Below are positions 39,724-52,884 of a DNA stretch of 64,000 bases, piece after piece; positions within the stretch are counted from its first letter, which is position 1; every line of letters starts with the position of its first letter. The DNA comes from Azolla caroliniana (Eukaryota > Plantae > Polypodiophyta). Location of the stretch: assembly GCA_043228905.1 (NCBI GenBank), contig JBHGNT010000020.1, positions 4,278,001-4,342,000 of the forward strand, given 5' to 3'. The notes beneath the pieces were generated by a model. That model ran no database searches. It was not told where the DNA came from and saw only the letters and a list, made by a program, of their open reading frames with translations. The position numbers and the translations under genes are program-made.

Positions 39724-41139
39724 GGATTGATGGGTCGAAGGCAGATGGAGCCAAGGTCAAGGCAGAGGTACCACACCTGGGGAACACACCAAGCCTTCAA
39801 AATCACCTATATGCAAGAGGTTGTTGACGAGGCTATTGTAGAGAAGACAAACGAGCATTAACAGAGGAGACAAACGAGCATACACAAGGAAAGAAAATCA
39901 ACAACAAGAACATCAATCCGGGGAAACAGAAATCTCTGCATATAGAGAGACAGAGATCGAACCTGGCACAGAGGGGAACACAACAACTACGCGGGGAAAC
40001 AGAGAATCGAAGGTGGAGTGAGAGAGAGAAACAGAAAGAAAGAAAGAAACAGAGATTCGAAGGTGGAGTGAGAGAGAGAAAGAGAGAGATAGGTAATAGA
40101 TATGTGTCGTCTTTCTAACTTTAATGTATTAAATACGGCCTTGGGACATTTCGAGTGTGACGTATAATATCTTTGTACATTCGAGTGTGACATAATGAAT
40201 TTGTTATTTGAAATTGAACACCATTCAATAGATGATAATTGTTTTATTTTCAATTTTTAATGTTTATTTTCTTCCTCGATTTAGTACTAAATTTTTGGCC
40301 AAAAGTTGGAACACCGTAGCATGCTTCGACCCCTTACATAGAATCAATTTCATGATTAATAAAAAACGGTTATGTATTAAACGGTTTGTTTTCTTTAGAA
40401 TTGCTACACTTGACACCACGATTTTGGTGGTTTTTACAACGATCAGTTATCAAATAATCAAAGCCTAAAATTATCTAGCGAAGGCGAGTCTAGTGGGCTC
40501 CGAGCTCGACTACTTCTAACGGCTATGTTGTCTTGATTCGGAGTAGCCCTCATGCCACTACAACCTCCCTTCCACAAGTAGCCACCAAGTTGGCTACCAC
40601 TGAGATGCCGAAAAAGCCATTGTTTAGGAAATCCAAACCTTAAAATATCTTGAGTAAGAAGTAGAATACTAGAAGCAAAATTCTCAAACCCTAAAATCCT
40701 AAGTCATCTAATATGTCGAGGAGAAACGAAGAAATAAGCTCTCAAACCCTAACCCTAGAAGGAAAAGATAAAAGAGAAAGTGATAAGGAGAAAGGGAGGC
40801 TACAAAACCCTAACCCAAGAAGAAGAGGAGAAGATGAAACCCTAGTGGTACACCCCTAGAAGACAAAATGGGCGACTGCATAATAAGCCCTATTCCTCCC
40901 CTTTTATAGAGGACAGAGGCGCCTATATTAACATTGCATGCTTTTTTTTTATTTCCTTTGTCACAAAAAAGGAAGGGGAACAAAATACTCCTTGGTTTGC
41001 ACAAAGAGAGACTTGAACTCTACCCCTCTCTATATAGCTACTATAAGTTATCTATTATTATTATTTTTCATTTATACATGACTTTAGGAGATGTGTGTGG
41101 AACCTCGCTCTCTCACACTAAACACGCCACACCACGACA

Positions 41140-42269
41140 ACGGCTTTGTCATTTTGTTACGGATTATGTTAGTAGTTGTGATACATGTTGCCTATCAAAA
41201 AAGCATCGACATCATCCATATGGCTTATTACAGCCAATGCCTATTCCCGAGAGCCCATGGAAATCTATTTTGGACTTTATTATGGATCTTCCATCTTCCA
41301 AGGGTTTTTATTCTATTCTCACAGTAGTAGATTGTTTTACAAAGATTGCGCATTTCCTTCCATGCACGAAGACCATTACTAGCCAAGAGACAGTTGATTT
41401 ACCCATGCTGGAGGTGTTTCACCATCACGGTCTTCTAGATGATATTAGTAGTAATCAGGGTCCCCAATTCATCTCAAAATTTTGGCGGCACATGTTCAAA
41501 CTCTTACATACTTCTTGTAAACTCTCTTCCGGCTACCATCTAGAGACTAATGGGCAGAGTGAACACCCCAACCAAATAGTCGAACAATATTTTCATTGTT
41601 TGGTCAACTATCAACAAGATGATTGGGTTGATCTATTACATTTGGTCGAATTTGCTTACAAAAACTCCGAACATTCTTCTACTGGATATTCCCCATTTTT
41701 TGCGAACATTGGGTACCATCCTCGTTGGACGATGCTTGAACATCTCGAACTTCCGACAAACCCGGTTGCTAAAGATCGGCTCACCCGACTCCAAGAAGTT
41801 CAGGATATACTTTTGCACCATATATGTGATGCTCAAAACACTCAAAAGAAGGTTGTTGACCTTCATCAATGTGATTCATCGAGTAAGATCAATGATGTGA
41901 CATTTCGCCTTGATCTTCCTCCTCATATGCATCTTCATCCAATCTTCCATGTTTCACTTTTGGAGCCCTGCACAACAAGCTCTATTCCGGGTCATCTTAC
42001 ACCCCCCCCACCTCCAATCGAAGTTTCCAATGGCTCCGAATATGAGGTTGTCGCCATTCTTGACTCCAAGATCATCCGCAACAAACTATATTATTTGGTT
42101 GACTGGTTAGGTTATACACCTAATGATCGAACATGGGAGCCTGCCAAGCATCTTGCTAATGCCTTCGACATGGTTGTTGCATTTCACAACAAATATCCCC
42201 ATAAACCAAGTCCGAACTCTTGTCTTTCAACTCGTGGAACTTGTCATCGAAAAGCGGGGATAATGTCAT
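41140..42269 (+). mobile_element. Chromovirus integrase + chromodomain, PPT and first bases (TGTCAT) of the 3' LTR
   Basis: CDTC..PYGLLQPMPIPESPW, YHLETNGQSE, HPIFHVSLLEP, EYEVVAILDSKIIRNKLYYLVDWLGY. PPT AAAAGCGGGGATAA, then TGTCAT at 42264. Confidence 0.9.
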
Positions 42270-42550
42270 TGTTGAGAATCAAACTCAACTTCCCGTGAGT
42301 GAGAACACACTCTAGGATACTTAGGTGTATGAACACCCCACCTCCTTGTATAGTAACTAGTGTGCTATAGAAGTTAATGTCCTATGACACATATTCCTTA
42401 GGTAGTTAAGTTACAACCTCTTTCCCAAGAGACTTTACTAGTGACAGAACTTAGAGGAAAAGTGACTACATAAGCACCTTCTCCCTCTCGTTGTAAATGT
42501 TGGTTGTTCTTGCTTTCGCTATAATACAATTTTTTGATTTTCTCTAATCA

Positions 42551-42601
<51 letters not shown>

Positions 42602-45600
42602 CCTACACACACAATTCTTCTAGTGCACAGAATCCATCTTATTCTTTACATGGTATCAGAGCGCAGGGTTGCTTGATCGAAGCCCATCGCCTTTACGTGT
42701 GCTATGCCTAATTCCACATTCCACAAGAACCGATTGATCATTGTAGCAGTCATCTGCACAGCTTGCATCAAGAAGAAGAAGAAGAAGTTCAACATAAACA
42801 CACAGATGAGAAGTGCTCTTCCTACCGAAAAGCTCGACAGAAACAACTTTGCATCGTGGGGGTACAAGATGCACCAATACCTTGTCAGCCAAGGCTATTG
42901 GAGTTATGTCAAAGGGGCAAACGAGAATCAACCCAACCCAACACATGTCGACTACCCAGCTTGGGATCAAGTGGCGAGTCATGTGTTGTATTGCCTTACA
43001 TCATGCATCCATGATCACATGCTCAGCTACATCCGAGAGGCCAAAACGTTGAAGGAGGCGTGGGGGAACCTCAAGAAGATTTTCCCGGCCAACACGACTG
43101 CAAGAAAGTTTCAACTCCGTCAAGAGTTGAACGGCATACAATAGAGGGACATGTCATCGGTAGCAACACCTTGAAGATCAAGGAGCTATGCGATGCCCTC
43201 GGTTCAATCAATGTTACCATTGACGACGATGAAATGCTGCAAATTTACCTCAGAGGTTGAGCACCTCAATTCGGGACCATTCGGTCGGTGGTCCTCGCGA
43301 GGAAGAATCCTCCCTCCTTCCTCGATCTCTAGTCGGTGTTGTTGGTCAAGGAGAATCATGTTCAAACAAGAAGCAATGTGCAAGAAAGACAGATTCTCTA
43401 TTCGAACTTTGATGGAGGAAGAGGACAAGGTCGGGGAAGAAGAGGCCGAATTGGCCAAGGACAACACAACCAAGAGCAACCCCGAGAACACAACTTCTAT
43501 TACCGACAAGATGTCTCGAACGCGCAAGGCGGAGCGTCCAGAAGAAGGGGGAGCAATCAGGCCGGACCCAGCCGACAGAACAATCTCACTCAGTGCGAAT
43601 ACTATGGTAAATTCGGCCACTGTGAGGCAGAGTGTCAAAAAAAAAAGAGTGAGTCGGCCTCCACAAGCCGACAACTCACAAACTACACCTCCAATTCCGA
43701 CTACGATAATCGTGGTGGAATGTTTGTGATGAGGCACATAGTGCACTCAATGACAGCCTCAAACCCGACCAACACCTCCAAACCAGAAGATGTATGGTTA
43801 GTTGACTCGGGTGCAATGAGCCACATGACATCCCACGAGGATTGGTTCAAGGAGCTACGAAAGCCCAAACGACCCGGCTATGTGGAAACTAGGGATGACA
43901 CAATTCACCCCATTCAGCATATCGACAACGTCCCATTTGGGGAAGAAGGCAACCAAACATACATCAAGAACGTTTTGCATGTTCCTACAATAACAAAGAA
44001 CTTGGTCTCAGTTGGCGAGATAGTCGAACAAGGCATGCAAGTCCGCTTTAAGGATGGAGCATGCTTCATCGAAAACGAAGGCTGACTCATCACTAGGGGT
44101 CGGAGAGAAGGTCGGATGTTCGTCATTGACTCTCACAAGATGAACTCAGCAATGTATGCCAAGGGCCAGAGAGGCGACGCCAACATAGAGTTGTGGCACA
44201 AGAGGATAGGCCACATCAATATCCAAAAGCTCAAGGGAATGCAGTAGAAAGGAGTTGTAACCAGACTTCCGAACTTCACCAAAAAGGAAATTGCAGGTGC
44301 GTGTGAAGCTTGTCAATTCGGAAAATAGCACTGACAATTGTTCCCAAAGGAGAGGAACACAAGCAAAGGGATTCTGGATGTAATACATCCAGATGTATGG
44401 GGACCAGCCCTGATGGCAGCATTCGGTGGTTGCCTGTACTATGTAACGTTCATCGACGACTTCTCTAGACATACCTTGATCTAGCCCATGCGGCAAAACA
44501 ACGAAGTGTTCGTACACTTCCAAAGGTTCAAAAACAAAGTCGAAAACCCAACCAGTCGGCATGTCCAATGCCTTCGATCAGATGGCGGCAAGGAGTACTT
44601 CTCCAACGCCTCTACAACATATCTTTGACAAGAAGGAATCTGGTAGAAGTTTACCTGCCGACACACACCTCATTAGAACGGAGTAGCCGAACACAAGAAT
44701 CGGCACATACTCGAGGTGGCAAGGGCAATGATGAATGACAAACATCTGCCAAAGTCATATTGGGCTGAAGCGGTGAATACGGCCGTTTATCTAATGAATC
44801 GTTGCACAACATCAGGAGTGCACGAAGTTACCCCCTGTGAAAAGTTCTATGGAAAGAAATCAGATCTATCTCATGTTAGGATATTCGGTTCAATTGCATA
44901 TGTACATATTCCCGACGACTTGCGGTAGAAGCTCGATCTCAAGTCGGAGAAATGTATACTCGTAGGGTATTCACACGAACAAAAAGGCTATAAGTGCTTC
45001 AACCCTTCCACCAAGCAGGTACAAGTAAGTAGGGATGTACTATTCGAAGAGTCGGCATCCTGGTATACAGTCGAATCAACCCCATCCAACACAATCGAAA
45101 CCGAGTTCGACACAGATGCGGAGGAGGATGATCAGTCGAGGTTCACATCAGAGAAAAGTCCATCACTAAGAACCCCATCACTCGGCACGGCTACAACGAG
45201 TACATGGCCCATCATTACGCCTTCGCGATGAAGGTAGCGGCCGAACAAGAGCCCAAGAGCTCCACCAAAGCGGCTCGTAACCCACTCCTAAGTACATTTA
45301 ATATAGAACTTACACTTGTGTACCTATATTCTCCTCAAACATGTGCGCCCTTGCACATGAGATGTATATATACCTCATTGTATGTATTTTTGTATTTGAT
45401 GATGATGATAATGCTAATTTAATATAGTTACTCATCCCCCATCTTGTGTTGTTCATAATTGTATCGTCCTCTCTCTCTTCCTCTCACACACATACACACA
45501 CATATCACTTAATCTTCCGCTTATCTTAATCACATAATTAGGTACTTATTAACCCTTGCTTAATTACTTACCTAATTCTTAACAGAAGATAACACAATAT

Positions 45601-46230
45601 CTTCATCAAATCGGCTTCTACATGTCCAAGTTCGACAACTCTCTGTTCATCCAGAGTGACTCCAAAGGACATGTATTTATCATCATTTATGTGGATGATT
45701 CGATCATAGGAGGAGAGAATTTAATGGATATTGAGCACATCAAGAAGCTCCTCTTCAGCCGATTCGAAATGACCGATACGAAGGAGCTCTGTTACTTTCT
45801 GGGAATAGAAGTAATTCGAACTCCAGACGGCATCATGCTCTCTCAAAAGCGTTATATCGTCTATCTTCTTTACAAGTTTGGGATGACACAGTGTAAGCTC
45901 GTCACACCTCCTCTCGATCAAAATCTAAATCTGGATGCCGACGTAGGCACTAGAGAGTGTGAGATGGCGCATTATCGTCAACTAGTTGGAAGCCTCATCT
46001 ACCTCACAATTACCCGACCAACAATACATCAGCACAAACCTACAGATGGCCGACATCTTCACCAAGGCCCTGGGAGTCGACAAGTTGTGGCAGTTCATGA
46101 CCAACCTAGGTCTTTCGGCCATCGACCAACCGAGCTTGAGGGGGGCAGTAGCCTGGCCATTTGAAGCCGAAGCCGGAGTCATCGTAGTCGTGAAGACCCG
46201 AAGAACAATCCGAACCAACCATTTGGAAGT
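42270..46230 (+). mobile_element. Degenerate Ty1/Copia (family B): 5' LTR 42270-42650, Met PBS, gag-PR-IN-partial RT; 3' LTR not found
   Basis: TGTTGAGAATC..TTCTTTACA followed by TGGTATCAGAGC. Motifs EKLDRNNFASW, WLVDSGAMSHM, YWAEAVNTAVYLMNR, IYVDDSII, QMADIFTKALG. Many stops. Confidence 0.9.
45166..45584 (+). mobile_element. Chimeric piece of Copia family A (internal segment fused to the 3' part of its LTR) inside family B
   Basis: Reverse-complement match to ~22327-22449 followed by 21700-21992. Ends TTCTTAACA. Confidence 0.85.
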
Positions 46231-46345
46231 TGTATTTGGCCTTAGAAGACATTAATATCTCTCTCTCTCTCTCTCCCTCCCTCCCTCCCTCCCCTAATCA
46301 CGAGTCCCAACAACCAAAGTGTCGAAAAGGTATTTCTTGGGACCC

Positions 46346-46493
46346 TATTGTTTATGATGTTCAATGCGTATGTGAAAGTATGTAGAGACCTATCGGTTAT
46401 GTGCTCAGCAAACAAAAGGTAAAGTATAGCAGGAGAATAGACAGAAGCATAGAGATAGTTTTGGGCTTTAATGGAAGCTTTCGTTATTTCTTT

Positions 46494-46563
<70 letters not shown>

Positions 46564-47717
46564 CCATGCATTATGTACAACAATGAGCCACTTGAATGCG
46601 TGGAAAGCTTCAAATATCTTGGCCTTGAAGTTCTTTCAAATCATAGATGGAATGAATGTGCTACACGCCGCTTAGAGGCGGGCAAACGAGCATACTATGC
46701 ATTTGAGAACACATGCAATCTTGGAGATATTAAGTGTTAGGTCCTCAAGAAATATCTTTTTGACACTTTGGTGACACCGGTTCTTCTTTATGGGGTGGAA
46801 GTATGGGGCGGTAGCATCCCTAAATCTATGTGGAAAGAGTTTGAAAATGTTCAAAAGCATTTTCTTACCAAGTTTCTACAAGTTAAGAAACAAACGCCCT
46901 ACACCCTCCTCCTCCTTGAGACGGGATCTCTTCCCATTGAGATCATGGTCATGGAAAGGGTTGTTGAATACATGCTTAAGGTTCAAAAAAGTCCCTCACA
47001 TCGACTTCCTAGAATTGTGTGGGAAACAAGCAAAAAGATCCAAAAGACGCATAAAAGCAAAATTTTGTGTTTCGATTGGATGCAAGATATAGAAAAATGG
47101 TTTGGTAGATGGGATGCGAGACACTCGCTTCATGATGCATCATTAGATTCCTCTGTAAATGAGGCATTTTTGCAACGCCAATGTATCATGACATGGGACA
47201 AATGTGGAGGCTCACGCTTCACACATTATACTACACATGTTGCACCTAACTACAAAACCATATTCTTTGCAGAATGGGGAAATCATACACATCCATACAT
47301 GTTAGAGCCCATGCCGTTATCTGCCATTCAAACCATTGCTTCCATGCGACTTAGCTCACATGCATTGCGATGTGAAACAGGGCATTGGGGTACAAGTGAT
47401 GAGAGTGGTCGGCTATGCACACTTTGCCCTAAACAAGTTCGCGAGTCTGAGTATCACACTTTGATACAATGCTCTGCCTTTGATCATATTCGACCATGTT
47501 TTCCACATCTCTTCGATCGAGCCCAATCTTTGCATGAATTCCTCTCACAACCACAATGTGCACTCTCGATTGCAACATTCATTGGTAAAGTTCTTGAACA
47601 TCGAGATTCACTACTCACTTTCACACGTATCACGTGAAATGTAATATTTTTGGTCTCATAGTTCATATTTGACCTCCGAAGACGATAATATAATCTATCT
47701 ATCTATCTATTTATCTA

Positions 47718-47797
<80 letters not shown>

Positions 47798-50700
47798 TCT
47801 CTCAGAGACTCAACATACAATAATAATCAAGAAGCAGTTTTACAACGTTAGGTTATTTCTTATATATTAAGTCCTAACTCTTTACACAGGTTCACACTAG
47901 GATACAAAGTGAAAGGAGTCAGCCTTTTATGCCAACAAACTCCCCCGTAAATGGACTACTCTTTTCTACATGTACAAGTGATTGGGGTTATCTCTCCCGT
48001 AAACCTAGATTACAATTTTAATCTAAAGTTATGGTTATAAGTTAGTCGGCATATCGCCGAATCCACAAAGGTAAAGTTGGTATCTGGCCTGATTCAGCTG
48101 GTCATCTAGTTCGACTTGTTTGATCGGTCAGATCAACTTACCTTCTACTTCTTGTTCGGCTTTCTTCTACTCGGTCACTTGTCGTAATCCCATCTTTGAC
48201 CTCAGTGCTCCGAAGCATTGATCTGGGAGCGGTTTCGTTTGGCAATCGGTGATGTTCACCCCGGTGTCAATCTTCTGGACTTCGAGCTTCTTCTCGGTTA
48301 CTAGCTCTCAGATATGATGACACCACACCTCAATATTCTTTGTCTTTGCATGATAGACATGATTATTGATGTGGTGTATTACGCTCTATGAGTCATAGTA
48401 GATGGTCAACGTTGGTCGATTGGTTTGGCTCGTAGCCGAAAAGTCAGTAGTCAGTCGATGCAGCCAGATCGCTTCCTTTGCTGCTTCTGATGTTGCTATG
48501 TACTCAGCCTCTATGATCGACAGGGCCGTGCACTCTTGGAGCTTTGACCTCCATGATATAACGTCGCCACCATAGGTGAAGATGTAGCCTGATGTCAACT
48601 TCCGATTGTCTGAGTTCCCGACATAGTTGGACTCGATGTAGCCTTTGACTTCGGTCGATTTTGTCGATCCGGAAGTCAGTTGTGCATCTTCGGTCCCTCT
48701 TAGGTACCTGAAGATGTGATTGACAGCCTCCCAATGCTTTCATCCTAGGTTCGACATGTAGGGGTTGACGACCCGTACGACATAGGCTAGGTCACGTTGG
48801 GTTGTCACCATCGTGTACATGATACTTCCTATGACCGATGCGTAGGGTATCTTTCCATTAAGATCTTTCTCCTCGTTCGTCAAAGGAGAGTCTCTGTCCA
48901 ATAGTCAGATCGACATTGGAAGTGGTGTTGGTTCTAGCTTCGCATTCTCCATGTTGAAGTGCCTCAGCACCTTTCAAATGTAGTCGGACTAGGAGAGTTG
49001 GAGAGTTTTTGTTGTCCAATTTTGCTCTATCCTCATGCCCAGTATGTGTCAGGCTTGTCTGAGTTCTTTCATTGCGAATTTTTGGTGAAGGCTTTTCGAT
49101 TTCGATTTCGTCTTGATTGCTTCCTGCAATCAGCATGTCGTCGAAATATAGGAGCAGATAGATATGGGACTCGTCAGCTAGTTGTCAAATATACATACAT
49201 GGGTCGGAGTCGGATCGACTGTAGCTGAGTTGTCGGATGTAGGAGTCGAACTTCTGGTACCACATCATTGGCGCTTGTTTTAAGCCATAAATACTTTTCT
49301 TCAATTGACATACGAGGTGACCTTCCTCCCCCGTCATCATGAGGCCTGCCAGTTGAGACATGTAAATGACTTCTTCCAGATCTCCATGTAGGAACGCCAT
49401 CTTTATGTCCATATGCTCGAGCTCTAGGTCTTTTGTCGCCACGACCCCTAGTAGGAGCCAAAAGGTGGTCATCTTGACTAATGGTGAGAATATCTCGTTG
49501 TAGTCGACCCCATGCTCATGTTTGAACCCCTTCGCGATGAGCCGAGATTTGTATTTGGGCTTTTCCAAATTAGATACTTATTTGTACCTAAAGACCCCTT
49601 TGTAGGGTAGCGGCTTCCTTCCAGCTGGTAGTTCAACCAGCTCCCATGTCTGATTCTGATGAATCGAGCCCATCTCGGATTGCATGGCTTGTAGCCATAT
49701 GTTGACATCTAGTGCAGCTATGGCTTCTTTGTATGTGCTTGGTTCGCCTGCATCGGTGTAGTTGACGTAATCAATACTCGGTTGATAGAACTCTGCCGGC
49801 CTTCGAACTCGTCCGGATCTCTTGGGTGTCGTATTGGTAATTTTGGCTCCTTCGATTGGCTCTATCAATCGATTAGCATTTGTTGAACTGCTTATGTCAA
49901 GAGTCTTGTTGGATGACTCGCCCCTATGATAGGATTTCAGTGATGTCTCATCACCCTCCCCTTCTTCGGGATTGAATGACTTCGAGGTAGGAGACTTAGC
50001 CGACTCAGGTCTGTTTTTCCCTTTGGCCTTGGGTGTCTTGGTCAAGTCGACTCTATCTCTTTCGACTTTGTTGACTTTGTCGACTATGCCTTTTTCTACT
50101 CTTGTTGATTTGGCTTTGTCTTTGAGTTCAACTAGTGCACCTCCTACCAATTTGAGGATGGCAAGGATGGTGTCGTCTCGGTCGATTTTGACTATTTGTC
50201 GAATCGCCGATTCGGTCCGGTGGGTCGGTCTTTCTACAACGTCTCTATCAATTTCTAAAGAGGCCTTTTTGCCCACTATTTTCTGTTGGTTCCGCTCGAA
50301 GAGAATAGAGTGTTCATTGAAGACTACGTCATTGCTCCGGATCAATTTCCAGTTTTCTAGGTCCGATACCTTGTAACTAAATTCCCCATCGGTTCCATAA
50401 CCGAGAAATATGCATTTTGTTTCATGGGGTGCCAATTTGGTCCTTTTCTCCTTGGGGATGAATGTGTAGGCTTCACATCTGACTATACGAAGCCTATTGT
50501 AGATCGGTTGTTTGCCTGACTATAGTGCATGTGGCACTTCAAGCCTGATTGCTTTCGACGGCGACAAGTTGATCACATATATTGTCGTCTGCAATGCTTT
50601 AGCCCAGAACTCCAGCTTTAGTCTAGCTTGTTGGAGCATTGTGGTCACCCTCTCTTGGATCGTTTTGTTGATCCGTTCGACCACTCCATTCTACATGGGT

Positions 50701-52884
50701 GTGTATGGAACGGTCTTTTGATGTCGGATCCCTTTGTCGGACTGGTACTGTTTGAAGGCTCGGGGGGTACATTCGCCTCCGTTGTCGGATCGGAGTGTCT
50801 CCACTCTGTGTCCTAACCGATTCTCCACTTCGACTAATCATCAAGCAAAGATCTCGAGTGTTTCGTGTTTGGACCTAATTGAATAGGCCCAGACCTTCTG
50901 TGTATAATCATCGATGAACGTGATGAAGTACCAGGAGCCACCTAGTGATTGGTCGAGCATAGGCTCACATATATCTATGTCCACGAACTCTAGGGGTTGT
51001 CGTATAGTATCATAATGGAGAGAGTGCAGACTTCGGGTCTGTTTCCCTTATTGACAATGCTCACATAAGTCTGTCTTTGCTTGAAGTTTTGGAATGTAGC
51101 CGAAATCCATCAATCGATCGAGTTCGGCTTGAGACATATGGCCGGGTTGGCCAAGCCATAAGTTTGGGTCGGTCTTTTCGATTACATTCACAACCCCTTC
51201 TAGATTGATCACCATCATTGGATACAAGTTGTTGTACTTGTGTCCGCTTCCAATTTTCAAGTTTCCACGGCTGACCATCCATGTTGACTCACTCAAAGTC
51301 ATTCTGTACCTGTCTTCGGCTAACATGGCGATGGAGACCAGAATCCTTTTCAATGTGGATACATGCTGAACTTGGTGCAGGACTATCGTGTTTCCATTTG
51401 ACAGTTGAATTAGTAATTTGCCAATTCCTGCGATTCTGCACTCCTGCCCATTGCCTAGTCGGATTGTGTCGTTGGCGTCGGCCAAATAGTTTGAAAACCA
51501 TTCAATGTTCGGTGTTACATGAAATGTGGTGCCAGAGTCCAACAACCACGTATGTGCATCTTGTGCACTGTAGAGTACTTCTCCAATCATCGAGTCCTCT
51601 AAGGAAAATATTTCTCTGGATCGGATGTCGGCAACATTAACTTGGTTGGCGACTGGAGAGTGGTTCGAGTTTGATCATCCAAAATTCCATTCGGATCGCC
51701 AACCACTCTCTTTCCTCTTGATTGACAAAAAGTCGGAAACATTGTGACTGGCTTTTCTGCAGTGGATGCAAAAATTGCCTGGTTGACTAGTTCTCGACTT
51801 TGACCGTTGTCGGTCTCCCCTCATTTTCGATCGACTATGGTATCGACCAGTTCTTTCAGCTTGTTCTTTCAATCAACTCAGTCGAGTGGTGGGCTTCTGC
51901 CAATTCGTCGATGGTGAGTCCCATCGATTTTCGCCGAATATCCTCGGTGAGAATTTGGTTGATCGTCTCATCTAGATTTAGGATCGGACGGCTATTGGCA
52001 AATGTCATGCAGAATACCTCCCAACTCGTCGGCAAGCTCGATAGGAGGGCAAGGGATTTGACTTCTTCCTCGAAGTTAATCCCTTGGGAGGAGAGTTCAG
52101 ACAACATTCGGCTGAAGGTGTTGATGTGGGAGGTTGCACGCTCCAACTCTCTCATCTTCATATTGAATAGTTGTCGAATCAATATGAGTTTCGACAAGGA
52201 GGACTTCTTTTCATACACTGCTTGCAACTTCTCCCATAACGAGAAAGTTGTTGTCTCTTTGGCCATGTTGAAATAGACATTCTCGGCCAGATGCATTCAG
52301 ATGGTGGAGTGGGCGATTTCGTCTAGTGGTCTCCACTCTTTAGTTGACATCGCGGTGGGTTTCTCACTATGTCAAATAGCTTCGATTTGTCTTCTGATGA
52401 TCAACACATCCTGCATCATCTCCTTCCACAAGGAGAAATTTTTGCCATCGAACTTTCGGATTTCAACTCTTGTTCCAAATGTTGAAGCCATATTCCCTTT
52501 TTGAAAGTGAGATTTTACTAACCTTTTCTTCTTTTTCAACTTTCTTTGTTTCTTTTGTTGCCACTGAACAGCAAGACGCTTTGATACCACTTGTTGTTTA
52601 TGATGTTCGATGCGTATACGGAAGTATGTACAGACCTATCGGTTATGTGCTCAGCAAACAAGTAAAGTATGGCAAGAGAATAGACAGAAGCATAGGCACA
52701 ATTTTGAGCTTTAATGGAAGCTTTCATTATTTCTCTATTCTCTCTCTCTCAAAGACTCAAGATACAAGAATGATCAAGATGTAGTTTTACAACATTAGGT
52801 TATTGCTTATATATTAAGCCCTAACTCTTTAGACGGGTTCACACTAGGATACAAAGTGGAAGGAGTCGGCCTTTTATGCCAACA
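46346..52884 (-). mobile_element. Full-length degenerate Ty1/Copia (Tnt1/Tork-like) with both LTRs and perfect TSD
   Basis: LTRs 52592-52884 and 46346-47937 (the latter interrupted by a LINE). TSD GACCC at 46341-46345 and 52885-52889. Met PBS rc at 52578-52589. PPT next to 47938. Motifs KFDGKNFSLWK, WLLDSGTTFH, MDIKMAFLHGDL, YGLKQAP, ISWRSKLQ. Confidence 0.95.
46561..47722 (+). mobile_element. 5'-truncated non-LTR retrotransposon (RTE/RTEX-like ORF2 C-terminus) inserted in the (CT)n of an LTR
   Basis: FKYLG, VTPVLLYGVEVWG, RLSSHALRCETGHW..RLCTLC..ESEYHTLIQC. (CTAT)n tail and (CT)n on both sides. Confidence 0.9.

Larger units (their letters stand above)
28546..40332 (+). mobile_element. 11.8-kb TIR DNA transposon, Sola2-like, with two convergent genes
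   Basis: TIRs GGGTGGAAGCACGCTACGGTGTACCA (28546-28571) and rc GGGTCGAAGCATGCTACGGTGTTCCA (40307-40332) match at 23/26. Flanks CGTA/CTTA. Empty site in the sister LTR at ~27301-27335. The superfamily call comes from remembered motifs, not a search. Confidence 0.88.
27163..41139 (-). mobile_element. Internally deleted, non-autonomous Trp-primed LTR element: 5' LTR 41139-28352 (split by the DNA transposon), 189-bp interior, 3' LTR 28162-27163
   Basis: ~1-kb direct repeats with TG..CA ends. PBS (rc of TTCACGTCGGGTTCACCA) at 28333-28350. PPT at 28163-28180. Confidence 0.85.

Noticed and set aside
28546-40332. ProtoRAG/Transib-like interpretation (convergent genes, RING finger, TIRs)
   Set aside because: The TIRs do not start with CAC, no RAG1 core or kelch/PHD motifs are visible, and the RING is on the second gene. 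The resemblance is architectural only.
40934-41139. N-terminal part of the 454-aa ORF
   Set aside because: It is chance read-through from LTR sequence into the chromovirus integrase, not a real fusion protein.
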